Shown here piece after piece: positions 33,057 to 42,723 of a stretch of 56,941 nucleotides of DNA. Position 1 is the first letter of the stretch. Every line of letters begins with the position of its first letter. Both the position numbers and the translations under genes were made by a program. The stretch spans positions 1 through 56,941 of the forward strand of contig JAPLCG010000064.1 in the NCBI GenBank assembly GCA_026392385.1. Reading direction: 5' to 3'. The stretch is from Solirubrobacterales bacterium (lineage in GTDB: Bacteria > Actinomycetota > Thermoleophilia > Solirubrobacterales > Solirubrobacteraceae). The notes beneath the pieces are model-generated. The model ran no database searches, had not been told where the DNA came from, and worked only from the letters and a program-made list of their open reading frames with translations.

Positions 33057-34457
33057 GTGCCGAGCGAACTACAGCGAAGCGACGTTGAGCCGAATGGGCC
33101 TTCAGCCCGCAATCTTCTGCTGCTGATCGCTGCGGCACTTGGTATCGCTGCGATCTCGGCGGTAGCAATGCCCGGTCTCGGCTACGACGCCTGGACATGG
33201 ATGATTTGGGCGCGCGAGATAGGCCACCTAAGTCTCAACACGACAACTGGCTCGACGATCAAGCCGCTGCCAATGCTGGTGATGGCGCCGTTCGCATCAT
33301 TTGGCGACCTCGCGCCGTTTGTTTGGCTGACACTCGCCCGCGCGGCTTTCCTCTTGATGCCTTTCGCAGGCTGGAGGCTCGGTTCGCTGCTCGGTGGCCG
33401 CTACTGCGCGCTGCTCTCGGCAGTTTCCACCCTGATGATTCCGCTTGCGGCCGATTCGGCCGTAAACGGTTACACGGAGCCGTTGATCATCCTGCTGACG
33501 CTGACTGCGGCAGCTGAGCTAATCCTCAAGCGAACGCAGCGCGCAATGCTTGTAATGGTCCTAATCGGGCTGATCAGGCCGGAGGTATGGCCGTTTGTAC
33601 TCGTAATAGCCATTTGGGCAGTCAGGGGAAAGAAGCTTTCAGCCTGGCGGGCCGTGCTGATTACGCTCGCGGCGCCAGCGATCTGGATGACCCTTGGTTG
33701 GGTTGGGTCGGGGCGGCCTCTCGGTGGAAGCGAACTTGGTCAGATCGTACTCGGTGGCGATGATGTTCTGCGGCAAGCGCTGACCGGTGTTGTCCCGATC
33801 ATCGGCATTGGCGTGATCCTTGCTGCGGTGCTCGCGGTAAGGCAGCGGAACCGCGTCGTTCTGCTGCTGGGCGGAACGGCGCTGGCATGGGTCCTGCTTG
33901 TCACGGTGATGACGCTGCTCTCGCTCTCTTCAGGCAACAGCCGCTATCTGGCACCAGCTGAAGCGCTCGCCGGAGTGCTTGGGGCTTGGGGGCTGACCGA
34001 GAGCATTGGGTTGCTGACTAGCGTCACTGCCAAGCGCCTAGCAGCGGGAATCGTGGTTTTCGGCCTCGCATTTTCGGCCATGTTCGGGCTTGTGTCGCTG
34101 TCACGGTCTGTTGATCGCTTCACGACCTATTCCAAGGCTGCTGATCAGATGAAGGGAGCTATCGCGCTTGCCGGAGGGCGAGACCAAGTGCTGGCGGTTG
34201 GCAAGCCGGTCGTCATGAACTGGTCGCGCGTAAGTGCACTCGCGTGGCAGTTGGATGTTCCGATCACAGGGGTCCGCACAATCTGGCGCGTCGACTGGTT
34301 CACAAGCACCAAGCTGCCCACGATCCTGATTGCTGCACCGGTCGCAAAGGCCGGCCCCCGCTCGGCAATCCCAAGGCAGTTTCGAACGACCCTGATCGGC
34401 AAGTATGGGCCGTGGCAGGTGATGCGCGCCGAGCGCGCAGTCGCTAACAATCGCTGA
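33057..34457 (+). CDS. Polytopic membrane protein, probably GT-C-fold glycosyltransferase-like (start uncertain)
   Basis: About 10 TM segments; YDAWTW, KPLP, GYTEP, IRPEVW and RYL loop motifs. Confidence 0.7.
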   Translation: MPSELQRSDVEPNGPSARNLLLLIAAALGIAAISAVAMPGLGYDAWTWMIWAREIGHLSLNTTTGSTIKPLPMLVMAPFASFGDLAPFVWLTLARAAFLLMPFAGWRLGSLLGGRYCALLSAVSTLMIPLAADSAVNGYTEPLIILLTLTAAAELILKRTQRAMLVMVLIGLIRPEVWPFVLVIAIWAVRGKKLSAWRAVLITLAAPAIWMTLGWVGSGRPLGGSELGQIVLGGDDVLRQALTGVVPIIGIGVILAAVLAVRQRNRVVLLLGGTALAWVLLVTVMTLLSLSSGNSRYLAPAEALAGVLGAWGLTESIGLLTSVTAKRLAAGIVVFGLAFSAMFGLVSLSRSVDRFTTYSKAADQMKGAIALAGGRDQVLAVGKPVVMNWSRVSALAWQLDVPITGVRTIWRVDWFTSTKLPTILIAAPVAKAGPRSAIPRQFRTTLIGKYGPWQVMRAERAVANNR

Positions 34458-34520
34458 GAAGCGTCGGTTGCTGATTTTGGATCAGCCACTTCACGGCCGC
34501 TGAGGCGTAATCTGGTGGCT

Positions 34521-35201
34521 GTGTCGGGATTCAAGAACCGAATCGAGAAGAACCTCGCTCCAAGTCTGATCATCAGGCTCTCTGAGGTTGATGCGCCGAT
34601 GCGCCTTGCCGCCAGAGCAAAGCGAGCGCGGGGACAGCGCGGATCGGTTGAGCTGTTCTTCGCCTTTGATGACGCATCAAGCGCTTACGCGCTGATCACA
34701 CTCGCCGAATTGGTCAACCAGCGTGATGTTGACCTAATAGCTCGACCAGTTGTCAATCGGGGGATTCCTGATGATCCGGCAGTTGACCGCAAACGCAGCT
34801 ACGCGATTGATGATGCCGTGCGACTGTTTGCGCGCGGTGGAACGGAACTTGTGCGGCGAACGCCGATTGATCCTGAGGCGACGGCGTGGCTGGCCCAGTG
34901 GGTGGCGGACGCGCCTCAGTCAGCCGCGTTGACTGACTTCACAGTCGAGGCCGTTCGTCTGCTCTGGCTGACCGACGGTCAGCAACCGGATCGCGAGCGA
35001 TTTGAGCGGCTCTGGAGAGAGAAGCTCGGTGGCTCACCGCCAGCTGCTGGCGACGGCTTGGCTTCCAACGAGCAGCGGATGGCAAGGTTGCGAATGTACG
35101 AGACACCTGCGGCCTGGGTGACTGGGCGTTGGTTCTTTGCTCATGAACGTGTCGCACAGATTGGTGAATGGCTTGACCGGCTCGGTTGGGAGGAGCGCTG
35201 A
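34521..35201 (+). CDS. DsbA/HCCA-isomerase-fold protein (degenerate)
   Basis: VELFFAFDDASSAY, YETPAAWVTGRWFFAHERV; GTG 7 nt after TAATCT. Confidence 0.7.
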   Translation: MSGFKNRIEKNLAPSLIIRLSEVDAPMRLAARAKRARGQRGSVELFFAFDDASSAYALITLAELVNQRDVDLIARPVVNRGIPDDPAVDRKRSYAIDDAVRLFARGGTELVRRTPIDPEATAWLAQWVADAPQSAALTDFTVEAVRLLWLTDGQQPDRERFERLWREKLGGSPPAAGDGLASNEQRMARLRMYETPAAWVTGRWFFAHERVAQIGEWLDRLGWEER

Positions 35202-35746
35202 TGAGCAGCGAGACGATTGAGTTCTTCTTCTCCTTCCGCAGCCCCTATTCGTACTTGGCTGCACCTCGCGCATTTCAGTTGCCTGAGAATTACGAAGTTG
35301 ATATCCGCTTCCGAGGGGTTATGCCAATGGCGATGCGTGGCCAGTCGGTCCCAAGTCAGAAGCGGATCCACACGATGTTTGACACAAAGCGAGAGGCGAA
35401 CCGGCTGGGGATGCCGTTCGGTCCAGTCTTTGATCCAATCGGTGATGGGGCCGTCCGCTGTTTGCGGGTCAGCGAACTCGCTGTTGATCAGCAGCTTGAA
35501 AAGCAGTTTGTTCTGGCAGTTAGTCGAGCTATCTGGGCCGAGGGTGTTGATGTGTCAACCGACGAGGGGCTGCGGCCGATCTGTATTGCCGCCGGACTTG
35601 ATTGGCATGCTTGCCAGCAGGCGATTAGTGATCCACTGATTGAGGCTCGAGTGCCGGTCTTTCGCTTTCGCGAGCAGCTTCTCTGGGGGCAGGACCGAAT
35701 TGAAGATCTTGAGCGGCTGCTTGATGCCGCCGGACTTCGCCGCTAG
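35201..35746 (+). CDS. DsbA family / 2-hydroxychromene-2-carboxylate isomerase-like protein with apparent internal deletion
   Basis: FFFSFRSPYSYLA, VPVF, WGQDR; TGATG coupling with GGAGG RBS. Confidence 0.85.
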   Translation: MSSETIEFFFSFRSPYSYLAAPRAFQLPENYEVDIRFRGVMPMAMRGQSVPSQKRIHTMFDTKREANRLGMPFGPVFDPIGDGAVRCLRVSELAVDQQLEKQFVLAVSRAIWAEGVDVSTDEGLRPICIAAGLDWHACQQAISDPLIEARVPVFRFREQLLWGQDRIEDLERLLDAAGLRR

Positions 35747-35901
35747 CTGTCTTCGCTATCGATCGGTTTGGCGTTTGGGCCAGCGTCTGGGCCGTCCTTC
35801 GGAGCGCGTCGCAGGAAGAAGATCAATAGTCCTACGAGCACGATCCAACCGAGCACCATTACGAGCCCGAAGATGATGTTCAGTGCGTGGTCAACCGCCA
35901 T
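35743..35901 (-). CDS. Small single-pass membrane protein (52 aa, not in ORF track)
   Basis: MAVDHALNIIFGLVMVLGWIVLVGLLIFFLRRAPKDGPDAGPNAKPIDSEDS; TACACT upstream. Confidence 0.65.
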   Translation of the reverse strand: MAVDHALNIIFGLVMVLGWIVLVGLLIFFLRRAPKDGPDAGPNAKPIDSEDS

Positions 35902-35943
35902 TCTCTGGCTGAGTGTAGGTAGATACAGCCACCGGCACCGCTG

Positions 35944-35987
35944 GCTCCGCCCGTTTGCTGCCTTCGATTGGCAACAAACGGTGGAGC
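35944..35987. terminator. Long hairpin downstream of the 36007-36513 gene (probable terminator)
   Basis: GCTCCGCCCGTTTGCTGCC-TTCGATT-GGCAACAAACGGTGGAGC. Confidence 0.5.
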
Positions 35988-36006
35988 TTCAAGTGGCCGT
36001 AGCTGC

Positions 36007-36513
36007 CTACGCTTGGTCTGCTGGCGGTGCTTGTGGTGCTGGCGGTGCTGGGGTAGTTGCCGCTTGAACCTCGGGCAAGGAAGCAGCTGCTGTACCAGCC
36101 TCAATGGAGGCTGAATCCTTCTCCCAGACCTTGTTGAGGTTCATCTGCATGATGTAGATCGCAATTGGTGAGATGAACAGCCAGAGGAGGAGTCCCAAGC
36201 CGGCGTCAAACTGTGCGCCGGCTCCAGAAATTCGGTTCGCCGCATTGACGCGCTTAAAGGTGCGGAAGAGAGTCAGGAACCAGGGGACAATGATGAACGC
36301 GCCAACCGTAAATGCAAGCAACGAATTGAACGGTTTTTCACCACACTCGTCGGTGCCCTTTGCGCGACCGTAGTCACGCATTTCACGGTTGATGAAGTAG
36401 TACCAAAAGATGCCGTAGATACCCAATGTGACGATCGTCAGTGCAACGACGGCAAGTGGATTACGGATCTTGGCGGTGCTAGTGGTACCTGGAATTCCTA
36501 CCTTGGTAGCGAT
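36007..36513 (-). CDS. DUF4234-like membrane protein, apparent ATC start
   Basis: KIRNPLAVVALTIVTLGIYGIFWYYFINREM pattern extends 29 codons upstream of the track start; AGGAGA 5 nt before ATC. Confidence 0.8.
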   Translation of the reverse strand: MATKVGIPGTTSTAKIRNPLAVVALTIVTLGIYGIFWYYFINREMRDYGRAKGTDECGEKPFNSLLAFTVGAFIIVPWFLTLFRTFKRVNAANRISGAGAQFDAGLGLLLWLFISPIAIYIMQMNLNKVWEKDSASIEAGTAAASLPEVQAATTPAPPAPQAPPADQA

Positions 36514-36575
36514 TGCGCTCTCCTAATCAGTTTTTGACTTAACGTGACCGGTCAAGATACTGAAATCTCAGGGGT

Positions 36576-38015
36576 TTATGCCCGAAGGTGGCCGAGCGTT
36601 ACGACTATTTGTGCTCCGCCGAGCGGGCTTTCACCGACCGTGACGCTGCCAGCGTGGAGCTCCGCCTGCTGCGCGACGAGCGCAAGGCCAAGACCTGATC
36701 CTCCCGATGGGGCATCTGCGCCGCGCGCAAATCGTTCGACGACGCGAGTGCGATCACCTTCAGGGATTCCCGGGCCATCGTCATCACATGTGATCTGAAC
36801 GATGCCGTCGGACAGCGCTTCAACCTTTAGGACGGCCTTACCGTTCTCACGCCCGTGGCAGTAGGCGTTCTCAAGCAGGTTCTCGCAGATCCGCCGCAGT
36901 CCTTCAGGGTGGCCCAGATAGGGGACGCCGTCCTCCGGTGCTTGAACTTCAAACTGATAACCGCGGTGCGCTGCGTGGACTGAGTGAACTGCAGCATCAG
37001 CAATGTCAGCAAGGTCGGTTGCTTCAAGCGGCAGGTCAGCTGAAGCTTCGCCGCGCGCAAGTGCCTGGAGTGAATCGAGCAGTCGCACCATCCGCGAGTA
37101 TTCGGAGTGAGCGCGTCCGCGAATTTCCGCGAGTTCAGCTGCCTCAAGCCGCTCTGAGTGCTCAAGCAATTCCAGATTTGTTCCGAGGGCAGCGAGCGGC
37201 GTCCGCAGTTCATGGCCTGCCTCGGCGGCAAAACGTCGCGCAGCGTCACGCGCTTCGGCGGTCTCCTCGTGTGAGGTTTCGATCCTGGTGAGCATTGCGT
37301 TGCGGCTTGCTGCGAGTGCGCGCAACTCCTCGGGGCTCTTCGTCTCCGGGATGCGTCTGTCAAGTGCTTCGGTTCCAGTTACCTGGTCAGCCGCAAGCCG
37401 CAGGCGCCGCACAGAACGTGTGGCAAGGCTCGCGAGTAAGAACCCGATTGCTGCAGCTGCCACTAGACCGACTGCGCCAATCAGCAATGCTCGATCACGC
37501 AGGTCGTTAGCCCGTGCCGTTGACTTTGCGAGTGAGGTTGCCGCCACGATCCGGCCACCGCTGAAGCGGCTGACGAGCACCCGCCAGCTATTGCCATCGT
37601 CACCAACCGTTTGCAATCCCGGCGTTGAAGCCTCAACTACCTCGGCAGGTGCGTTACCGGAGCTGAGAACAACTTTGTTGCCAACGGTGACGACCGTCGC
37701 CTGCGGATCGCCGCCCTCAGGCCCCTCGTCTTGAGGCGGGGCTGACAACTGGTTCTCCGCTTCGTTGGATTCGCCGGGGGCGCTTTCCCCCGATTCGTCA
37801 CCGCTTGAGCTTGCTGAGCTGTCGGCGCTTGTAGGCAGCAGCGGCGTATTGAGTTGACCTGCGATCAGGGCAGTACGTCGCTCGAGCCCCTGATCGATCC
37901 GATTTTGGGCTGCCGACTGGACATCGCTGATCAGATAGCCACCGACTGCCAGCAGCGTGATAGCGGTCGCAGCAAAGGATGAGAGGGCAATCCGCGCCCG
38001 AAGACTTCTAAACAC
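36576..38015 (-). CDS. HAMP-domain sensor histidine kinase
   Basis: Two TM segments, HELRTPL H-box, NLLENA, DDGPGIP, GSGLGL. Confidence 0.95.
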   Translation of the reverse strand: MFRSLRARIALSSFAATAITLLAVGGYLISDVQSAAQNRIDQGLERRTALIAGQLNTPLLPTSADSSASSSGDESGESAPGESNEAENQLSAPPQDEGPEGGDPQATVVTVGNKVVLSSGNAPAEVVEASTPGLQTVGDDGNSWRVLVSRFSGGRIVAATSLAKSTARANDLRDRALLIGAVGLVAAAAIGFLLASLATRSVRRLRLAADQVTGTEALDRRIPETKSPEELRALAASRNAMLTRIETSHEETAEARDAARRFAAEAGHELRTPLAALGTNLELLEHSERLEAAELAEIRGRAHSEYSRMVRLLDSLQALARGEASADLPLEATDLADIADAAVHSVHAAHRGYQFEVQAPEDGVPYLGHPEGLRRICENLLENAYCHGRENGKAVLKVEALSDGIVQITCDDDGPGIPEGDRTRVVERFARGADAPSGGSGLGLALVAQQAELHAGSVTVGESPLGGAQIVVTLGHLRA

Positions 38016-38026
38016 TCGGTCGCCCC

Positions 38027-38713
38027 TTAGATCCTCAGGGCGAAGCCCTGTCCGCGCACAGTGTGGATCAGTCGCGGCACGCCACCAGCCTCAAGCTTGC
38101 GGCGCAGGTAGCCGACAAACACATCAACGACATTCGTCCGCACGTCGAATGAGTAACCCCAGACCTGATCGAGCAGTTGCTCGCGGGACAGAACAATCCC
38201 AGGGTGAGCAGCGAGTACCTCGAGCAGGTCGAATTCGCGGGAGGTCAATTCGATCTCCCGCCCTGCGACCCACGCCATCCGACGGGCCGGATCAATCCGA
38301 AGTGGTCCTACCTCACGGACAACCTTTGAAGCGTGCTCCGGGCGTCTGCGCAGCAGCGCGCGAACTCTTGCCAGTAACTCTTCCAACGCAAATGGCTTAG
38401 TCAGATAGTCGTCAGCGCCAGCGTCCAGTCCGGCAACCCGGTCATCGACGCCGTCTCGGGCGGAGAGGATCAGAATCGGCACATCTTCGCCGCGGCCCCG
38501 CATCTGTCGGGTTACCTCAACTCCGTCGATCCCCGGCATCGTTACATCCATCACGATCATCGCCGGTGGGTCTGACTCGGCCGCTGCGAGCGCGCGGGCG
38601 CCATCGGGGACGCTGCGCACGGTGAGCCCCTCCAAGCGCAGTGCGCTCTCCAGTGCACGGCGGATACCTTCGTCGTCGTCAACGACAAGCACGAGTGGTT
38701 TGTCTGTGTCCAT
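38027..38713 (-). CDS. OmpR-family response regulator (MprA/PrrA-like)
   Basis: [33 protein letters not shown] 38713. Confidence 0.95.
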   Translation of the reverse strand: MDTDKPLVLVVDDDEGIRRALESALRLEGLTVRSVPDGARALAAAESDPPAMIVMDVTMPGIDGVEVTRQMRGRGEDVPILILSARDGVDDRVAGLDAGADDYLTKPFALEELLARVRALLRRRPEHASKVVREVGPLRIDPARRMAWVAGREIELTSREFDLLEVLAAHPGIVLSREQLLDQVWGYSFDVRTNVVDVFVGYLRRKLEAGGVPRLIHTVRGQGFALRI

Positions 38714-38804
38714 TTGCTTGATTGTCGCGATCTTCTCTGAGAGCAGCCTAAGGGCATCAGACGCTCGTTCGGGGTGGGATCCCTGATCCGCTAGCGTCAT
38801 GCCT

Positions 38805-39236
38805 ATGGCCAAAGCAAACGGAGTTGTTCACAGCCCCCTCTCAGCGAGCACAGTTTTTGAGCGAGTCGCTGACTTCTCAACGACACAGGAGTGGGATCCA
38901 GGTGTTGTCGAAGCGGAGCGACTGTCCGATGGTCCGCTTGAGATCGGCGCAACATTCCGAGTTGTCGCTGCCTTCATGGGAAGCAAGAGCGAACTCGTAT
39001 ATCGGATCACTGAGTTTGAGCCCGGTCATCGAGTTGTGTTGCGTGGAGAGAACTCAACCGTCCTGTCGGTTGATGTGATCACAGTTGACGCAAGCGGCGA
39101 TGGTTCGGTGCTCACCTATGACGCTGACCTGACGCTCAAGGGGCCACTGCGTCTGCTTGATCCGCTGCTCGGGCTTGCCTTCGGGCGGATTGCCGACCGA
39201 GCTCTTGCTGGCCTGACCGAGTGGTTGAAGAGCTGA
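38805..39236 (+). CDS. SRPBCC (polyketide cyclase/dehydrase-like) family protein
   Basis: VF..VADFS....WDPGV, ITEFEPG; ATG 7 nt after TAGCGT. Confidence 0.85.
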   Translation: MAKANGVVHSPLSASTVFERVADFSTTQEWDPGVVEAERLSDGPLEIGATFRVVAAFMGSKSELVYRITEFEPGHRVVLRGENSTVLSVDVITVDASGDGSVLTYDADLTLKGPLRLLDPLLGLAFGRIADRALAGLTEWLKS

Positions 39237-39269
39237 CCGCCGCCGCGCTGCCTAATCTGCGGGGCAGCA

Positions 39270-39761
39270 ATGATTTCGAATGACGATCTGATCAACAACG
39301 CGGCAGCGTATTCGAGCGTCTTTGACCGCGGGTCATTGAAGCGTTCACCGGCTCGCAAGCTTGCAGTCGTTACCTGCATGGACTCGCGGATTGACACCGC
39401 TGCGCTGCTTGGCTTGCGTGAAGGCGAGGCACACATAATCCGTAATGCGGGCGGGATCATCAACGACGGTGAGATCCGTTCACTCGCAATTTCGCAGCGC
39501 TTCATGGGGACTGAGGAGATCCTCCTTATCCACCACACCGATTGCGGAATGCAGTACTTCTCGGATGAAGAGTTTCGCGCGACTCTCGAGGAGGAGACCG
39601 GCCACAAGGTCCCATGGCCGGTTGAAGCGTTTACCGACCTTGAGTTGGATGTTCGCGTTTCAATGGCGCGGGTTCGCGAAAGCCCATTTATTCCGCATCG
39701 TGACCGGGTTCGTGGCTTTGTCTACGAGGTTGAGACCGGCGTTCTGCGCGAAGTTATTTGA
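39270..39761 (+). CDS. Beta-class carbonic anhydrase (clade D)
   Basis: CMDSR, IRNAGG, HHTDCG. Confidence 0.93.
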   Translation: MISNDDLINNAAAYSSVFDRGSLKRSPARKLAVVTCMDSRIDTAALLGLREGEAHIIRNAGGIINDGEIRSLAISQRFMGTEEILLIHHTDCGMQYFSDEEFRATLEEETGHKVPWPVEAFTDLELDVRVSMARVRESPFIPHRDRVRGFVYEVETGVLREVI

Positions 39762-41280
39762 TCCGCTGCCACTGGCCGGCAAAGACCGGCACGTAGCCGT
39801 CCCAGCGCTCAGACCAGATCAGCTGGTAGCGACCCTTCAACTGCTTCGGCGCCTCAAGAACACCAGTGCTGTAGCCAACGGCTGCGGTTACGGTGAAGAT
39901 CGATGATCCAACCTTGATCGGCCTAGCAAATGGTCGCAGTCCACTGGTTCGAGTCAGCAGTAGTGATCGCTCGGTTACTGGGTTTAGCTGAATCGCAAGG
40001 TCGCGATCGAGCGGCGGCCCGCTGAAGTACATCGCCTCCAGAATTAGGTCGCCCGGCCGCCAACGCTGCTCAATTGCCTTCGCGGCGGAGCGTAGGTCGG
40101 GGCGCCCGCTCGAGCTGAGTTCGTGGACCGCTCCAATTCCAAGCCCGGCAACCGTCAGCGCCGTTGCCGCAAGCGATGTGGGGGCGGGGATGCGGGTCAG
40201 GAGCGCGGCGACGAGAATTAGCAGCGGCGGCACTGAGGTGATCAGGTTTCTTGACAGCAACAGACTTCTGTCGGGCTGAAGGCTCGCGAGCAACAGGCCA
40301 ACCGGCGCAGCCAGTGCCAACCCAATCAGTAGTCCTGTTGTTGCCGATGGTCTGGCGATCGTCTCACCACTACTGCGGCGTCGCAGCACTTCGAGCAGGC
40401 TTAGTCCGGCAGCGGTACCTACGCCAGCCAAAATCAGCAGCAGGCCAACCGTCCCAGGGATCTCCGAGAGCGACTGGGTGCCGTTCGCAACCCCGAGCGG
40501 GTGGCCGATCAGTGCGCGACCGCTGATCCCGGTCAGCGTGTCAAGGCTGAGTGGGGCAGAGAGCGCAATCCGCCGTGCCTCATCGCCGGCATGGCTGAAC
40601 TGAGTGATGAACGATGGGATCCAAGCGGCAACGATAAGTAGCGCGCCGCCGCATGCTGCGATCAGCTTTCGGCGGCTGCGCGGCTGCGTCCAGAGCGCCC
40701 AAATAATCTCGACGAAGATCACAAAAATGGCGGTGTAGTGGGTCAGTATTGCCGCGGCTATCAGCAGCGCCCAGCCAAGCCAGCGCTTCCAGCCACCGCG
40801 CTCACAGGCTGCCAGCAGGACGAGTGCCGATGCGGTCGTCAAGAGTGCCGTTAGAGCGTAAGAGCGGCTCTCTATTCCGTAGAACAGCAGGAATGGGGAG
40901 ACCGTAACTAGCGCTGCCGCTGCGAGTCCTGCTGCTGTGCTGAATGCTCGCCGGGCAAGCAACGCTGCGACGGGGATCAAGGCACTCCCAGCGATAACTG
41001 ATGGCGCTCGCATCCAAGTTTGATCGTTCCCAAGCTTCGCGCTCAGCCAGCTGAGAACGAATCCAACCGGAGGCGTCTTTTCCTGATTTACAACTGCATG
41101 CAGCATTGAGCTGAATGAGCGACCGTGGATTATTTCCAGCAGGTAGAGCTCGTCACCAGCCGGGCTTTCCTGCGCTCCGATCAGCCGCATTACGAGCGCC
41201 GCAAGTGCGATCGCGAGCACGAGCGGCCACCACCAGCGGTCCGCTGCCGCCGCGCGTGGGTTGTTCGGTGTGGTCGCCAC
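39754..41280 (-). CDS. GT-C (family 39/PMT-like) membrane glycosyltransferase
   Basis: GDE loop, TPP, RAPS, ESRSYAL, THY motifs; many TM segments. Confidence 0.85.
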   Translation of the reverse strand: MATTPNNPRAAAADRWWWPLVLAIALAALVMRLIGAQESPAGDELYLLEIIHGRSFSSMLHAVVNQEKTPPVGFVLSWLSAKLGNDQTWMRAPSVIAGSALIPVAALLARRAFSTAAGLAAAALVTVSPFLLFYGIESRSYALTALLTTASALVLLAACERGGWKRWLGWALLIAAAILTHYTAIFVIFVEIIWALWTQPRSRRKLIAACGGALLIVAAWIPSFITQFSHAGDEARRIALSAPLSLDTLTGISGRALIGHPLGVANGTQSLSEIPGTVGLLLILAGVGTAAGLSLLEVLRRRSSGETIARPSATTGLLIGLALAAPVGLLLASLQPDRSLLLSRNLITSVPPLLILVAALLTRIPAPTSLAATALTVAGLGIGAVHELSSSGRPDLRSAAKAIEQRWRPGDLILEAMYFSGPPLDRDLAIQLNPVTERSLLLTRTSGLRPFARPIKVGSSIFTVTAAVGYSTGVLEAPKQLKGRYQLIWSERWDGYVPVFAGQWQRIK

Positions 41281-41309
41281 CGCTCAGCACGCTACCGTTG
41301 AAGGCGGAG

Positions 41310-42680
41310 ATGAGTGCACGCGAGCAGCTTGTGGACAGGACAAGGCTTCAAGGGCTGATTGCCTCAGAGCGAGCCGATTTCGCCGAGCGCAACGCTGTTT
41401 CAAAGCAGCATTTCGAGGCGGCTGACGAGCATCTCTGGACTGGCGTGCCGATGGCATGGATGGCCAAGTGGCCCGGCGGCTTTCCGCTCTCGATGGTTGG
41501 CGCAAGAGGAGCGCGTGTAGTTGATGTTGATGGCCATGAATACATCGATTTCTGTCTCGGTGATACCGGCGCGATGGCCGGGCACTCCGCACCGGCGACG
41601 GTCGCAGCGGTTGAACGCCGCGCTGCCGAACTTGGCGGGATTACGACGATGCTTCCTACTGAGGACGCAACCTGGGTAGCGGGCGACCTCGCCAAGCGCT
41701 TTGGCCTGCCGCAGTGGAGCTTTACGCTCTCAGCTACCGACGCGAACCGCTTCGCTTTGCGCAAGGCACGACAGCTGACAGGTCGTCCAATGGTTCTCTG
41801 TTTCTCGTGGTGTTACCACGGCTCAGTTGATGAGACGGTGGTCGTGTTGGCCGCCGATGGCGCGCGCTCGCGGCCAGGCAATGTTGGTCCAGCGGTTGAT
41901 CCAACTGAGACGACCCGTGTCTGTGAGTTCAACGACCTAGAAGCAGTTGAGCGGCTGCTCGCGGACCGCCAAGTTGCCTGTGTTATTACCGAACCCGCGC
42001 TTACGAATATTGGGATTGTGCTGCCCGAACCAGGCTTTATGGAAGGCCTGCGGGAGTTGACGCGCCAAACTGACACGCTGCTGATCATCGATGAGACTCA
42101 CACGTTGAGCGCGGGGCCCGGCGGTTGCACGAAGGCTTGGGGGCTTGACCCGGACATCGTCACAATTGGCAAAGCGATTGGTGGGGGTATCCCAATTGGC
42201 GCCTATGGAATGTCCGCTGCCGTGGCCGAACAGCTGAAGGCCGATGAGGATGCTGACTTCATTGATACCGGCGGGGTTGGCGGCACGCTTGCTGGCAACG
42301 CGCTTTCCTTGGCAGCGGCGCACGGCACACTCGATGAGGTTCTAACAGCGAGCGCATTTGAGCGAATGGAAGCGCTTGCGACCCGGTTCACTGCAGGAGT
42401 TGATGCCGCAATTGAGCGCTATGGAGCTCCCTGGGTTTGCGTTCAGCTAGGTGCGCGTACTGAGTACCGGTTTATGCCAGAGGCGCCGCGGAATGGCGGT
42501 GAGTCGGCTGCTGCCGATGATCCTGAGCTTGATGAATGGCTGCACCTCTACATGCTCAATCGCAACATCTTGATGACGCCGTTCCACAACATGGCCCTAA
42601 TCTGCCCGACGACCACCGAGGCTGATGTAGACCGCCACAGCGAGCTGTTTGATCAAGCTCTAGCGTCGCTGTTTGGTTGA
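41310..42680 (+). CDS. Class III PLP aminotransferase (GSA-aminomutase-like)
   Basis: DVDGHEYIDF, YHG, LIIDETHT, TIGKAIGGG; GGAG RBS. Confidence 0.9.
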   Translation: MSAREQLVDRTRLQGLIASERADFAERNAVSKQHFEAADEHLWTGVPMAWMAKWPGGFPLSMVGARGARVVDVDGHEYIDFCLGDTGAMAGHSAPATVAAVERRAAELGGITTMLPTEDATWVAGDLAKRFGLPQWSFTLSATDANRFALRKARQLTGRPMVLCFSWCYHGSVDETVVVLAADGARSRPGNVGPAVDPTETTRVCEFNDLEAVERLLADRQVACVITEPALTNIGIVLPEPGFMEGLRELTRQTDTLLIIDETHTLSAGPGGCTKAWGLDPDIVTIGKAIGGGIPIGAYGMSAAVAEQLKADEDADFIDTGGVGGTLAGNALSLAAAHGTLDEVLTASAFERMEALATRFTAGVDAAIERYGAPWVCVQLGARTEYRFMPEAPRNGGESAAADDPELDEWLHLYMLNRNILMTPFHNMALICPTTTEADVDRHSELFDQALASLFG

Positions 42681-42723
42681 GGAGTCGCGCCAGCCGAGCG
42701 GCTGGCGCAGCATCCCCTTGCAG

